A stretch of 64,000 bases of DNA from Octopus sinensis (taxonomy: Eukaryota). Every line of letters begins with the position of its first letter. The first letter of the stretch is position 1. The position numbers and the translations under genes were made by a program. Below are positions 41,575 through 55,443 of the stretch, in pieces. Below the pieces are notes generated by a model. It ran no database searches. It saw only the letters and a program-made list of their open reading frames with translations, and was not told the origin of the DNA. Location: contig NW_021836300.1 of assembly GCF_006345805.1 (NCBI RefSeq), forward strand, positions 1 to 64,000, given 5' to 3'.

Positions 41575-42823
41575 TAATAATAATAATAATAAACTGATTG
41601 GAAGTGTTATCATGTACATTGTTTTGTTTTGGTATAAAAGATGGGCTACAGCAAATATTCTGCTCAATACCACAGATTTGCTAATGCCCTGATGCAGTTC
41701 CAGGCAGTGGCTCTCATGGCTTCTGATCTTAACTGAATGGAAGTGTTATCATGTACATTGTTTTGTCTTGGTATAAAAGATGGGCTACAGCAAATATTCT
41801 GCTCAATACCACAGATTTGCTTGTCAGTTGTTTGACCTTAACCAGTTGAGCATGTCCCTTAGTGGCTGACGATATGTGCATCTCTGATCACGAGCAGATG
41901 TAGTGGGGGAGCATCATAGCCATGTGTTGAGAGGGATTCTTTGGGGTTTGAATGATTCACCTCTGGAAACATGGGTGGTTCTTTCAACATCCTTAAACAA
42001 CCCTTATTCAGGGACTTTTTGAGCGGGATGGGCTACTCGACCTGAAGAAAATTCTAACTGGGCCCCACCTGCAAGGTCATGCGCTGTTTACCTTGATATG
42101 AGACCACCATGTCGCACACATATGGTTGTGATGCATGTGCCAGGTGTACCCTTATCAGACGGGTAGTCATGATGGGTGTATTGGGCTTCGTATATTTTAT
42201 CCCAGTGCCACTTTGATGGCATGAACTGCTCTCTCACTCAATAATAATAATAATAATAACATCGAAAAATACCTTAGGAATGAGTACCTAGGCTCGAAAT
42301 TTCCCCAAGATACCTGATGAAGGCTGGAGGGTATATCAGCTAAAACGTTGTGTTAACAACAAACAAGATGAGGACAAATATCCGTCGAATGTAAATAATG
42401 TAAATAATGTAAATAATGTAAATAATGTACATAATTCCTCATCCCTTAAATATAGAACAGAAACATCCCAGGCATATGATTCAGCTTCCAGATCTTTGCA
42501 TCATGTTTGTCTTAACACTTTTGATCCCAACCCAACCAAGACCAACCTGGTTCTATGGTACAAACTTCGTATTCTAAAGTGGTTTAAATTAAAATCTTCC
42601 ATCAAAATTTCATATTAAGTTATGCTCGACTCACCACCTTCATAACGACAAAATTATTTTACTAAATCTTTTAATATTTTCAAAATTTATTGAAACAACC
42701 ACATGGCTCCGGGTTCAGTCCCACTGCGTGGCATCTTGGGCAAGTGTCTTCTGCTGTAGCCCTGGACTGACCAATGCCTTGTGAGTGGATTTGGTAGACG
42801 TAAACTGAAAGAAGCCCGTCGTA

Positions 42824-42858
<35 letters not shown>

Positions 42859-45800
42859 ATATATATGTGTGTGTGTGTGTTTGTGTGTCTGTGTTTGTCC
42901 CCCTAGCATTGCTTGACAACCGATGCTGGCATGTTTACGTTCCTGTCACTTAGCGGTTCGGCAAAAGAGACCGATAGAGTAAGTACTGGGCTTACAAAGA
43001 ATAAGTCCTGGAGTCGATTTGCTCGACAAAAGGCGGTGCTCCAGCATGGCCGCAGTCAAATGACTGAAACAAGTAAAAGAGAAAAAAGAAAGAGTGTATT
43101 TCAACAGAAATATCCCAGTCTTATAAATTTAGCTTTCAGATATTTCCATTATGTTTGTCTTAAATCTTCTGATACAAAATTATGTTAATTAATGTTCCCA
43201 AAACTAACTTAATTAATGATAGTTATTTTACTAAAATCTTCATTATTTTAAAAATTTATTGAAACAAACTCAGTTTATTTCAACAGAAATATCCTATAGT
43301 CTTAATATCTATTTCACTACTGGTACTTAATTTATCGACCCCGAAAGGATGAAAGGCAAAGTCGATCTCGGCGGAATTTGAACTCAGAACGTAACGGCAG
43401 ACGAAATACGGCTACGCATTTCGCCCGTCCTGCTAACGTTTCTGCCAGCTCACCGCCTTATATGTTATATATAAATTATTATTATTATTATTATTATTAT
43501 ATGTTAATTTATATAGTCTTAATAATAATAATAATAATAATATATCATTAGCTTCCACCATACTTGTTTTAGCCCATTTGCTATTCTTTTCTACTCTAAG
43601 CTCAAGGCTCAAACTTTTTAGGGGGGATGGTGGTCCAGTTGATTAGATCAATTGGAGTACGCAACTGGTACTTAATTTATCGACCCCAAAAGGATGAAAG
43701 CAAAGTTGGCCTTGGCAGAATTCCAACTCGGAACATAAAGACAGATGAAGCATTTCGCCTGGCGTGCTAATGTTTCTTATTTCTTTATTGCTCACAAGGA
43801 GCTAAACGTAGAGGGGACAAACAAGGACAGACAAAGGGATTAAGTCGATTACATCGACCCCAGTGCGTAACTGGTACTTAATTTATTGACCCCAAAAGGA
43901 TGAAAGGCAAAGTCGACCTCGGCGGAATTTGAACTCAGAATGTAACGGCAGACGAAATACCTATTTCTTTACTACCCACAAGGGGCTAAACACAGAGAGG
44001 ACAAACAAGGACAGACAAAGGGATTAAGTCGATTACATCGACCCCAGTGCGTAACTGGTACTTAATTTATTGACCCCAAAAGGATGAAAGGCAAAGTCGA
44101 CCTCGGCGGAATTTGAACTCAGAATGTAACGGCAGACGAAATACCTATTTCTTTACTACCCACAAGGGGCTAAACACAGAGAGGACAAACAAGGACAGAC
44201 AAACAGATTAAGTCGATTATATCGACCCCAGTGCGTAACTGGTACTTATTTAATCGACCCTGAAAGGATGAAAGGCATAGTCGATCTCGGCAGAATTTGA
44301 ACTCAGAATGTAATGGCAGACGAAATACCGCCAAGCATTTCACCTGGCGTGCTAACGATTCTGCCAGCTTACTACCTTAGCCCTACAATGTCCTTGACTC
44401 TATGATACAAACATCAGTTTCAAAGTGGTTTCAATTAAAATCTCCCATGAAAATTTCATGTTAATTTATGTTCTAAATACAATGTTAAATATCAATGACA
44501 AAACTTATTTTTAGCTTCTAGATCATTCCATCGTGTTTGTTTCAGCCCATTTGATACCGACCCAACCCAACTGAGACCACCCTTGGTTGTATGATACAAC
44601 CTTCCTGTTTTAAAGTGATCCAGCTTAAAAAAAACCTGGCAGCAAAACTTTATATTAATTCATGTTCCAAACACAAGCTTAAATATTAATGATGCAATTA
44701 TTTTATTAATCAGACACGCACTATATATTCGTTCTTCACTCATTTACTATTGTTCTATTTTATCTTATGTCCATTGTCTGGAAACCTTTCATCACACATC
44801 TGTGACCTCTTCAGTAACTCTTCCATCAGAACAGGAGGATACACGTAGATGGAAAGGATTGCTGAAGAGGTCACAGATGTGTGATGGAAGATTTCCAGAA
44901 AACAGGCGTAAGATAAAATCTTTCGTCACACCAGAACAGGACGATACACGTGGATGGAAGAGTCTCTGAAGAAGGCACAGATGTGTGATGAAAGATTTCC
45001 AGACGATGGTCATACGATAAAATCTTTTGTCACACATTTGTGACCTCTTCAGTGACTTTTCAATCAGAACAGGAGGATACACGTGGATGGAAAGGATTGC
45101 TGAAGAGGTCACAGATGTGTGATGGAAGATTTCCACAGAATAGGCATAAGATAAAATCTTTCATCACATCAGAACAGGAGGACACACGTGGATGGAAGAG
45201 TCACTGAAGAAGGCCCAGATGTGTGATGTAAGATTTCCAGAGAACAGGCGTAAGATAAAATCTTTCGTCACACCAGAACAGGACGATACACATGGATGGA
45301 AGAGTCTCTGAAGAAGGCACAGATGTGTGATGTAAGATTTCCAGAGAACAGACGTAAGATAAAATCTTTCGTCACACCAGAACAGGACGATACACATGGA
45401 TGGAAGTGTCACTGAAGAAGTCACAGATGTGTGATGTAAGATTTCCAGAGAACAGGCGTAGGATAAAATCTTTCATCACATCAGAACAAGAGGACACACG
45501 TGGATGGAAGAGTCACTGAAGAAGGCACAGATGTGTGATGAAAGATTTCCAGACAATGGTCATACGATAAAACAAGAACAATAACAAAAAGTGGAGAATA
45601 AATATATAGTGTGTGTGTTTATTTGGCAAGAAAAGAAAAATGGTCATCTGAAATATAACAATATCTGCTTCAACATGATTTCGCATCACAAATCTTGCAA
45701 AACAAATTCATAAACGTATTTTAATAACTTCGTTTTTCTTAAGATTAATTAAAACAAAGACAGGTATTTCAACAGAACAAAAGGCCCTGAACCTCAAAGA

Positions 45801-46254
45801 TAAGCGAGGGAGAGCAAGAGACACACAAAATAAACTGTGAACAAACCAGCAAAAAGCACAAGAAATCAGGGGTGAATATTGCTCCAAAAAAATTACAAGA
45901 GCCATGCGAATCGGTGCATGTAGGCATGACATACAAAGAAAGAATGGTGGAATGCTAGAATGTATGATTAACAGAATGGTAGAATAGTGGAATGGTAGAT
46001 TGACAGAATGAACAGAGGGAGTAATAGAAGTACAAGAGAGAGAGAGAGAGACAGAGAGAGACAGAGAAAGAGAGAGAGAGATAGAAAGGGGTAATCCAGT
46101 AAGAATATGAAACAGATAGACATGAATACATTTTTAAGACAGGAAGGTATGATCATAGGAGGATCTGACTGTGATTTCTAGCAGACTGAAGGACTGTAAC
46201 GGGAGGTAACAAAAATGATTGATGTTATTCAGTTAATGGTTGATATCAATAACG

Positions 46255-46287
<33 letters not shown>

Positions 46288-47043
46288 TAATAATATAATA
46301 ATAATAAAAATAATAATAATAATCTTTTCTACTCTAACCCTAACCCTAACCCTAACTGGCACTTAATTTATCGATCTCAAATAATTTATCGAATCTACAA
46401 GAGCACATTTAGAGTAGGTCCATTCTTCTCACACTCATCACTTTTCCACAAATTCACTGTGAAAAAGAACACTTGCCTCTCTGCCCTCAATTTGCTTTCC
46501 AAGTGGAATTTGAAAAACTCAATGAGGGCTTCATTCACCTAATTGCTGTTCTCCAATCAACAGGTGCTGATTTAGAGCAGGTCCATTCACCCTAACCATT
46601 CTTGTCATCACAGTCATCACTTTTTCAAAAATTCACTAGGAGAGAGAGCATTTCCCTCTCTACTTTCACTTTCCAGTCCGAGTGGAACCTGAAAAACTCA
46701 ATGAGGGCTTCACCAAAGAAGAAAGGGTCTTTCTTTAATCCTTTCAGCCTCGTTCCCGACAGAATCTTTTTCCACTATAACCAGCAACACAGAGGAACAC
46801 TGTCTGCCCTGCTAAGTGGGCAATGGGTTGATCCTTGCAATGGACTCACAAAATAATCGGATTTGTCATACACACATAGGCGTAGGAGTGACTGTGTGGT
46901 AAGTAGCTTGTTTACCAACCACATGGTTCTGGGTTCAGTCCCACTGTGTGGCATCTTGGACAAGTGTCTTCTGCTGTAGCCCCGGGCCGACCAATGCCTT
47001 GTGAGTGGATTTGGTAGACGGAAACTGAAAGAAGCCCGTCGTA

Positions 47044-47088
<45 letters not shown>

Positions 47089-48063
47089 CTGTGTTTGTCC
47101 CCCTAGCATTGCTTGACAACCGATGCTGGTGTGTTTACGTCCCCGTCACTTAGCGGTTCGGCAAAAAGAGACCGATAGGATAAGTACTAGGCTTACAAAG
47201 AGTAAGTCCCGGGGTCGATTTGCTCGACTAAAGGCGGTGCTCCAGCATGGCCACAGTCAAAATGACTGAAGCAAGTAAAAAGAGTAAAGGAGTAAAAGAA
47301 AAGAAAAGACACGAGTGCATGCAGCGGCATTCCATCACTCTGGGCAACAACAACAACAACAACAATCCTTTTTACTACAGGCACAAGGCCTGAAATTTGG
47401 TGGGGAGGGGAGATGGTTGATTACATCCCCCCCCCCAATATTCAACTGGTACTTAATTTTATCGACCCCCCCCCGAAGGATGAAAGGCAATGTCGACCGT
47501 GGCGGAATTTGAACTCAGAACACGTAGCGGCAGAGGAAATACCGCTAAGCATTTTGCCCGGCGTGCCAACGTCTCTGCCAGCTCACCACCTTAACAACAA
47601 CAACAACAACAACAACAATAACAGCAACTTCTGATTTCACCAATCTTTAAAGGAGGGGGTGGGGATAACCGAGAACATTGGCCACAACAACTACTTCTAC
47701 TACATCTACTACTACTACAACTACTACTACTACAACTACTACTTCTACTACTACTACTACTACAACAACTACTACTACTATACTACTACTACTACTACAA
47801 CGAATAATAATAATAATAATAATAATTTCTTTAATTTCTTTAGTTTATTTAGTAGAATGGGGAGAGAAATGGAGAGAGAGAGAGAGATTAAGAAAAAAGA
47901 AAGAGAGAATCACACAGGCAAAGTGTCTCAGGGCAGACTAAGAGACAGAGAGATGAGGAAATATAGAAAGTAAAGAGAAAAAAAGAGAGATAAAGAGAAA
48001 TAGAGGGTGAGAGAAAGAGAGGGTAAGATAGAGAGAGAAAGAGAAATAGAAAGAAATAGAGAC

Positions 48064-48128
<65 letters not shown>

Positions 48129-48263
48129 AAGAAATATATATATATATATAGAGAGAAATAGAGATAGATAGACAAATAAATAGAGAGAGAGAGAGAGAGA
48201 AAGAAAGAAACAGAAAAAGATAGATAGAGAGAGAGAGAGAAATAGAGATAGATAGACAATTAA

Positions 48264-48312
<49 letters not shown>

Positions 48313-51300
48313 AAGAACAGAAAGAGAGAGATAGAGAGAGAGAGAGAGAAATAGAGATAGATAGACAATTAAATAGAGAAGAGAGAGAGAGAGAGAGAGA
48401 GAAAGAAACAGAAAGAGAGAGAGAGAGAGAGAGAGAGAATAGAAATAGATAGACAAATAAATAGAGAGAGAGAGAAAGAGTGAGTGCGTGCATGAATAAA
48501 GCATGCAGATTTAGTAGAATGCTATTGGTAAATGTTCCCTTACCTGTTGGCGTCAGAGGCAATTTCTTCTCTCTTGGCTTGCAGACGGCCATACAGGTGT
48601 CCATGGAAGGGAACCTGTTGGCATTTCCTCCACACCCTCCGTAGACAAACCTCTCACACATTTTGGTGTCTTTATTGTAAGAGTAGTGGGGCATGTAGGC
48701 GTAGCACAGGCCCGGTTCAGCAGGCATCTGGCAGAGAACTGGTGACGGGGGGGATAAATGAAAAATACAGTGAGCGAGGACAAGTGTGAGTGCGAGTGAG
48801 CGAAGACAAGTTTGAGTGAGAGTGAGTGTGAGTGATGGGTTGTAGATGGACAGAGACAGACAAAAAGAAAGAAAAACTAACTCCAAACATGGTTCACTCA
48901 CACACAATATATACATATATGCATACATACGTTTTTTCACTTCCCTGAAGAGAAGATTGCATTGTTTTATACCATTTATTCTTTTGAATAATATCAGTGA
49001 AATCTTCGAAACGTGTGTCGGAAGTAAAAGTATTTGATTTATACCTGCGTTAAACTCTATTTATTTATATATATATATCACGTGATCACGTGACTGACCA
49101 GACCATCAGATGTAGTTACACATCGCTGGTCACAATGCATTGTTTTAGCCTTCAAATGACACCACCCAGCTGGCTAAGCGAGCAGGCCAACAGAAGAAAG
49201 AGTGAGAGAAAGTTGCAGCAAAAGAGTACAGCAGGGATCACCACCTAGAAAATTATTTTATCTGCTAAAAAAAGTCAGAAACCATGGTCCAGGAGATAGA
49301 TGGACACCACCCAGCTGGCTAAGCGAGCAGGCCAACAGAAGAAAGAGTGAGAGAAAGTTGCAGCAAAAGAGTACAGCAGGGATCACCACCTAGAAAATTA
49401 TTTTATCTGCTAAAAAAAGTCAGAAACAATGGTCCAGGAGATAGATGGTAAATGTTTTTATTTTTCATTCCCTTCGAAGTTTTATCCCTAATACATATAT
49501 ATCATGTGACTGACAATGCTATCAGTGGTTTGGACTTTGGCTGTTCCTTCTAGCGAGCCAGGAATCCTTTGACGGATACCTCTTATGTGTTTAAATGTAC
49601 ACTGTATTTATATGAAAATATATAGTCTATTGACTTATTTTTCTACACGCTAGGCCACTGTAGTAAAAAATTTCTAAAATTTTTCCTACCTTGATATTTA
49701 TTAATATATGGTGGTGACCCCCTTCGGTCAGACACTCACCATGGGTTTGCACCTAGAGAGTTACCCTCTGAGGCACAAGTCTGGGCAAGGTTGTTTTTTA
49801 TGGAAGACCAGCAGTCGCCCATGCATACCGCCTCCTCTCTCCATGCCACCAGTGTTATCCAAGGGAAAGGCAAAGGGGCCGTTACAGCTTGGCACCTGTG
49901 ACGTCGCAACTCATTTCTACAGCTGAGTGAACTGGAGCAACGTGAAATAAAGTGTCTTGCTCAAGAACACAACACGCAGCCCGGTCCAGGATTCGAGCAC
50001 ACAACCTCACGATCGTAAGCTCGACGCTCTAACCACTGAGCCACTATTGATATATATATCCCTATATATAAAACTGAAATGCGTTTTTACCGCTTGGTTC
50101 GCTTTCAATGCCACTACATCCCGTCCGATTTGCTCCAAAATTTACACGGACATGTAGAATGAGGTGACGATGCGCGTGGGCTACCTTAGAAATCCCTATC
50201 TTAAAAGCTGTGGTTTCTAGGGGCCATCTTCCTACCTCACCCTATTTCCTCCAGTACTCTGTCACTCCTCTTCATTTATAACTTTCAGAAGTCCACTACC
50301 GTTATTTAAAGTATCTGTCACTATCGCTATTTCCTTTCTTTTTCACTGACTCTGTTTCCTACCTTCCTATCACTTCGGCGGCGTTCTTTTAAGTATATGT
50401 CTGTCACCAACAATCAACACACGAGCATGAGAACAAATATTATGAATCAGATATTCTTGCGTTCATTTATATGTGTGTGTGTGTGTGTGTTCTATATATA
50501 AATATGTATATATAATGTATGTGTGTGTGTGTGTGTGTTCTATATATATAAATATGTATATATATGTATGTGTGTGTGTGTGTTCTATATATAAATATGT
50601 ATATATAATGTATATATACAAAGTGTATATATCTGGTTATGTATATTAAACTTTTCATACTTTTTCATAGTTATATATATTTTTAAACAAATTATAAATA
50701 TAATTTCATAATTTTTATTTTCAATTTAAATAATTTAAAGTTTTCAATTTTATATTTTACAAGCAGTAGTATCGCCCGGCGTTGCTCGGGTTTGTAAGGG
50801 AAATAACTATATAAGCAGTTTTAGTGAGTTATAGCAAAAAAATAGCAAAAAATGCATTAAAGATGGAATAAAAAATGATAGTAATTTCTTTTTTAAATCG
50901 TTGACTCATCGTAGACATTTTTACAGAGTTACTTCCCTTATATAATAGCGAAAAATGCATTAAAATGGAATAAAAAAATTATGGTAATTTTTCTTTTAAT
51001 CGTTGACTCATCGTAGACATTTTTAGAGAGTTACTTCCCTTATATAATAGCGGAAAAAATGCATTAAAATGGAAAATAATGATGGTAAATTATTTTTAAA
51101 ATCGTAGACTCATCGTAGACGTGCGCTAATACCCAGAAGGGCTCGATATGAATCACGACTATAAGATACCCGGTTTTGGTTACACTGCACCGCAAAATGT
51201 GGGAGTAGTTAGGAATCTAAATCGTAGGAGACAGACACACAACTTCACTTTTATATATAAAGATTTGTGCAACAACTAAAACATTCGGTTGTGCAAATTG

Positions 51301-54300
51301 TTTGCACAGGAAACCTGCCCTGTGTGGCGGTTTTTGCCGTTTTTGTGGATCTGTTTCAGCTTTTTTAGCGATTTCTGTTTTGGCGACTTCAAGCCATGAA
51401 GTCGTTGTTCTAAAAGAACGCTGGTCTCCTTCACAACGCATTACGACGTTGATTCCTTACACTCCTTTCCCCACAGCTTCACGAGGGAGGGAGAAGGGGG
51501 GGAAGAAGCAACACAGGTGCAGGCGTGAGCGTGGACGCCAACTCCGCCGCCATCGACACACGAAAAAATATGCATTAAAATGGAATAAAAAAATGATGTT
51601 AAATTATTTTTAAAATCGTAGACTCATCGTTGACGCGCGCTAATACCCAGACGGGCTCGATATGAATCACGACTAAGATACCCGAATTTGTTAAACTGCA
51701 CCGCAAAATTTGGGAGTAGTTAGGAATCTAAATCGAAGGGGACAGACACTCACACAACTACAGTTTTATATATATAGATATATTTTCTATGTTATATTTT
51801 CTTTTTTTATGTTTTTGTTTTTGGTTTTTCACTGTTTGATTTGCCTATTAGTGGTTTTATCTCTAATTTAATTTATACAGATATATATCTCATTTGTATA
51901 CATTTGTATATATAATGCGTGCACACACACACACACACATATATATATATACACATATATATATGTGTGCATTACGTAGTCAGTCGATTCACCTGAAAAT
52001 ATGCACACCTATGTTAAAGGTGCTGACAAGTTTACATCACAACTATTTTGTTCCTCAAATGAAAGGCGTCACCTCTAGGACAAAATTCCTCATCTTATAA
52101 AATGTGGCCCCAGTACACCCGAATGAAATCGGGTTATATTAACCAAAATGTGAAAAGGGGTCTAAATGGGGCTGGAAGGGGATTAAAATTTCAAAGAGGG
52201 GTGTTTAGGAATTCTCTGTTGCATCAAGCTAAAAAATTTGCGCCAGCCTTTTAATCGTCAATGTGTTGCCGTCCATGATAAAGAAGTTTTGAATGCTTGC
52301 CATGGTGAGTCTACTGTCGTGAGAAAGAATCACTTCAAAAATTGTGTGTTTACGAATTTTCTTTTACATCAAGTTCAAAATTTTACGCCAGCCGTTAAAC
52401 TGTCACTACGTTGCTGTCCGTCGTTAACAAATGCCAGCCATGGTGACTCTACTGTCCTCAGATTCTATCCCTTCAAACTTTGGTTTCCAATATTTTATTA
52501 TTTTTATTCAGCTCGCAAGTTCGTCTGTCCCTTTTGAATGTTAGCGTTTTGCTGTCTGCCTTGAAGCAGACCTTTCCATTGCCACTGCCTCATATTTCTG
52601 ATTGATCTTTCTAAATATTTTATTTCTCAACTTACTCAAGATCTTCTGTTGTTTATAAATGGGAGAGAGATAGATAAAGATAGAGAGTAAGAGAAAGCGA
52701 GGGAGAGTCAGAGAGAAAAGAAAAGTAAGAGAGTGGGAAAGTGAGAGAGAAAGGAGAGAGAAACAAATACGGAGAGAATCATCATCATCATCATCGTTTA
52801 ACGTCCGTTTTCCGTGCTAGCACGGTTGGGCAGTGTGACCGGGTCTCGGAAGCCAGGAGGCTGCACCAGGCTCCAGTCTGATCTGGCAGTGTTTCTACAG
52901 GTGGATGACCTTCCTAACGCCAACCACACTGTGAGTGTAGTGAGTGCTTTTTTGTGCCGACGGCACTGGTGCCAGGGGGGCTCGCAGTGGCAACGATCGG
53001 TTGGTGCTTTTTACGTGCCACCAGCACAGAAGCAAGTCAAGGCGGTGCTGCAATCGGCCACGTTCGGATGGTGCTTTTTACGTGCTGAAAGGAAGCAACA
53101 GAAAGTAACACCCACACTCTTACCCGCGCGTAGAGCGGGTCACCTTCAGCTAGTATATATATATATATATATATATAAAATACGGTGTACATTTAAACAC
53201 ATTAAGGTTTCCATCATAGGACTCCCTTATGCTAGAAGAAACAGCTAAAGTCCAAACCACTGTGGTTGGACTTTAGCTGTTCCTTCTAGCGTAAGGGATT
53301 CCTATGATGGAAACCTTAATGTGTTTAAATGTACACTGTACTATATATATATTATATAGTCTATTGACTCATTTTTCTACACGCTAGGTCACTGGTAGTA
53401 AAAATTTCTAAATCTTTATTACCTTGACATTATTAATTATATATATATATATGTAGAGAGAGAGAGAGAAGAGAGAAAGACTATAAAAAGTATAGATTAT
53501 CCTGGTGGATAGCGTATCATCTCACAAATTGGTAGTAATGCTGGCTATCCATAATGATCCACACAATCATATAAATGATTATAATTTAAACACTATCTAT
53601 ATAGGGTCAACTTCAAATAAAATTAAATTAAGAGTAGCTCAACATATGTATTCTTTTAGGAATAGAAATCTAATTAATTCAACAGGCCTCCGTAAATATA
53701 TTTGGGAACTTAAATCTAAATGTATTAAATATAAATTAACTTATGAGATAATTTGTAAGGCAAAATCTTATTGTATAGGGAGTTGTTGGCATCCTTTTTG
53801 TCTCGGAGACAATGGAGTTGCGCATAAAATAATCTAGTCCGGCTTTTACATTTCATGTCCTAATACATTTCCATGCTGTGGCTGTGTAGTCCTATCCTGG
53901 ACAAACACTCCCTCTAGTGGCAGGTGCCGCAAATGTAGCGAAGACTTTTCCTGGCTGGTTGTAGTGTCATAGTTTCTTGTTGACGTCTTTTCTTGTCTTT
54001 CCATTTCTCCTCTCTCTCTCTCTGTCACTCCTTTGTATTCCCTCTTTTACGGTACGTCACCAATCTCCACGGTTGATGGCATTTCATGTCCTAATACATT
54101 TCCTGCTGTGGCTGTGTAGTCCTATCCTGGACAAACACTTCCTCTGGCAGGTGCCGCAAATGTAGCGAAGACTTGTCCTGGCTGGTTGTAATGTCATAGT
54201 TTCTTGTTGACGTCTTTTCTTGTCTTTCCATTTCTCCTCTCTCTCTCTCTCTGTCACTCCTTTGTGTTCCCTCTTTTAAGGTACGTCGCCAATCACCACG

Positions 54301-55241
54301 GTTGCTGGCAATTGCTTCCCAGTTGTTAATATTGATGTCGCAGGCCTTCGTGTCCCTTTTGTTTATTGTGTAATAATGAATTTAAGGAAATATTATTTAA
54401 TAATAATTATGCATTGGTCAATTCCCTAGATGAGCATAAAATTAAATGCAAACAAAACACGTATAGCCCTTTACTTAATTAAATTGGTATATGTTTTTAT
54501 TGTATATCTAATTTTTTTTCTATATGGTATAATTTAATTATATCATTGTTATTTCATTGTTGAATTGGTTCTTCTCTAATTTATATACATATATTATATA
54601 TTGTGAAATTTGATTTAATATTGCTAAATTGAATTTTTCCCTCTAAGTTTGGAATCATATTCCCTAATATTATTATGATATATATATATATATATATATA
54701 CTTTATTTAAAAGCAGCAGAAATTCAACAAAACCTGTTACTCTGAGTTTCACGTTCCCGTTCGTCGGACAGTTTTTGGGAACGTGAAACTCAGAGTAACA
54801 GGTTTTGTTGAATTTCTGCTGCTTTTAAATAAAGCATATTACTCTACCCCTGGTATTTGAGTACTCTTTTTTCCACCTTGCTTCACATTTATGTGTTTAC
54901 TCCGGTATATATATATATATCACGTGATCACGTGACCGACCAGACCATCAGATGTTGTTACACATCGCTGGTCACAATGCGTTCGCATGGTTTTAGCCTT
55001 CGAATGACGCCACCCCGCTGGCTAAGCGAGCAGGCCAACAGAAGAAAGAGTGAGAGAAAGAGTGGTGAAAGAGTACAGCAGGGATCACCACCATCCCCTG
55101 CCGGAGCCTCGTGGAACTTTAGGTGTTTTCGCTCAATAAACACTCACAACGCCCGGTCCGGGAATCGAAACCGTGATCCTACGACCATGAGTCCGCTGCC
55201 CTAACCACTGGGCCATTGCACCTCCACAAAAAAACAATATA

Positions 55242-55289
<48 letters not shown>

Positions 55290-55318
55290 TATATATATAT
55301 ATATATTATATATATATA

Positions 55319-55369
<51 letters not shown>

Positions 55370-55401
55370 TATATATATATATATATATATACTATATATA
55401 T

Positions 55402-55443
<42 letters not shown>

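Noticed and set aside
38580-48540. Possible additional hidden Kunitz exons in the long K4-K5 intron
   Set aside because: No Cys-patterned reading frame found; K4 splices in frame to K5 and the interval is explained by SINEs and satellites.
53181-53340. Possible hammerhead in the 80-bp palindrome
   Set aside because: No CTGANGA/GAAA pair with compatible stems found on either strand.
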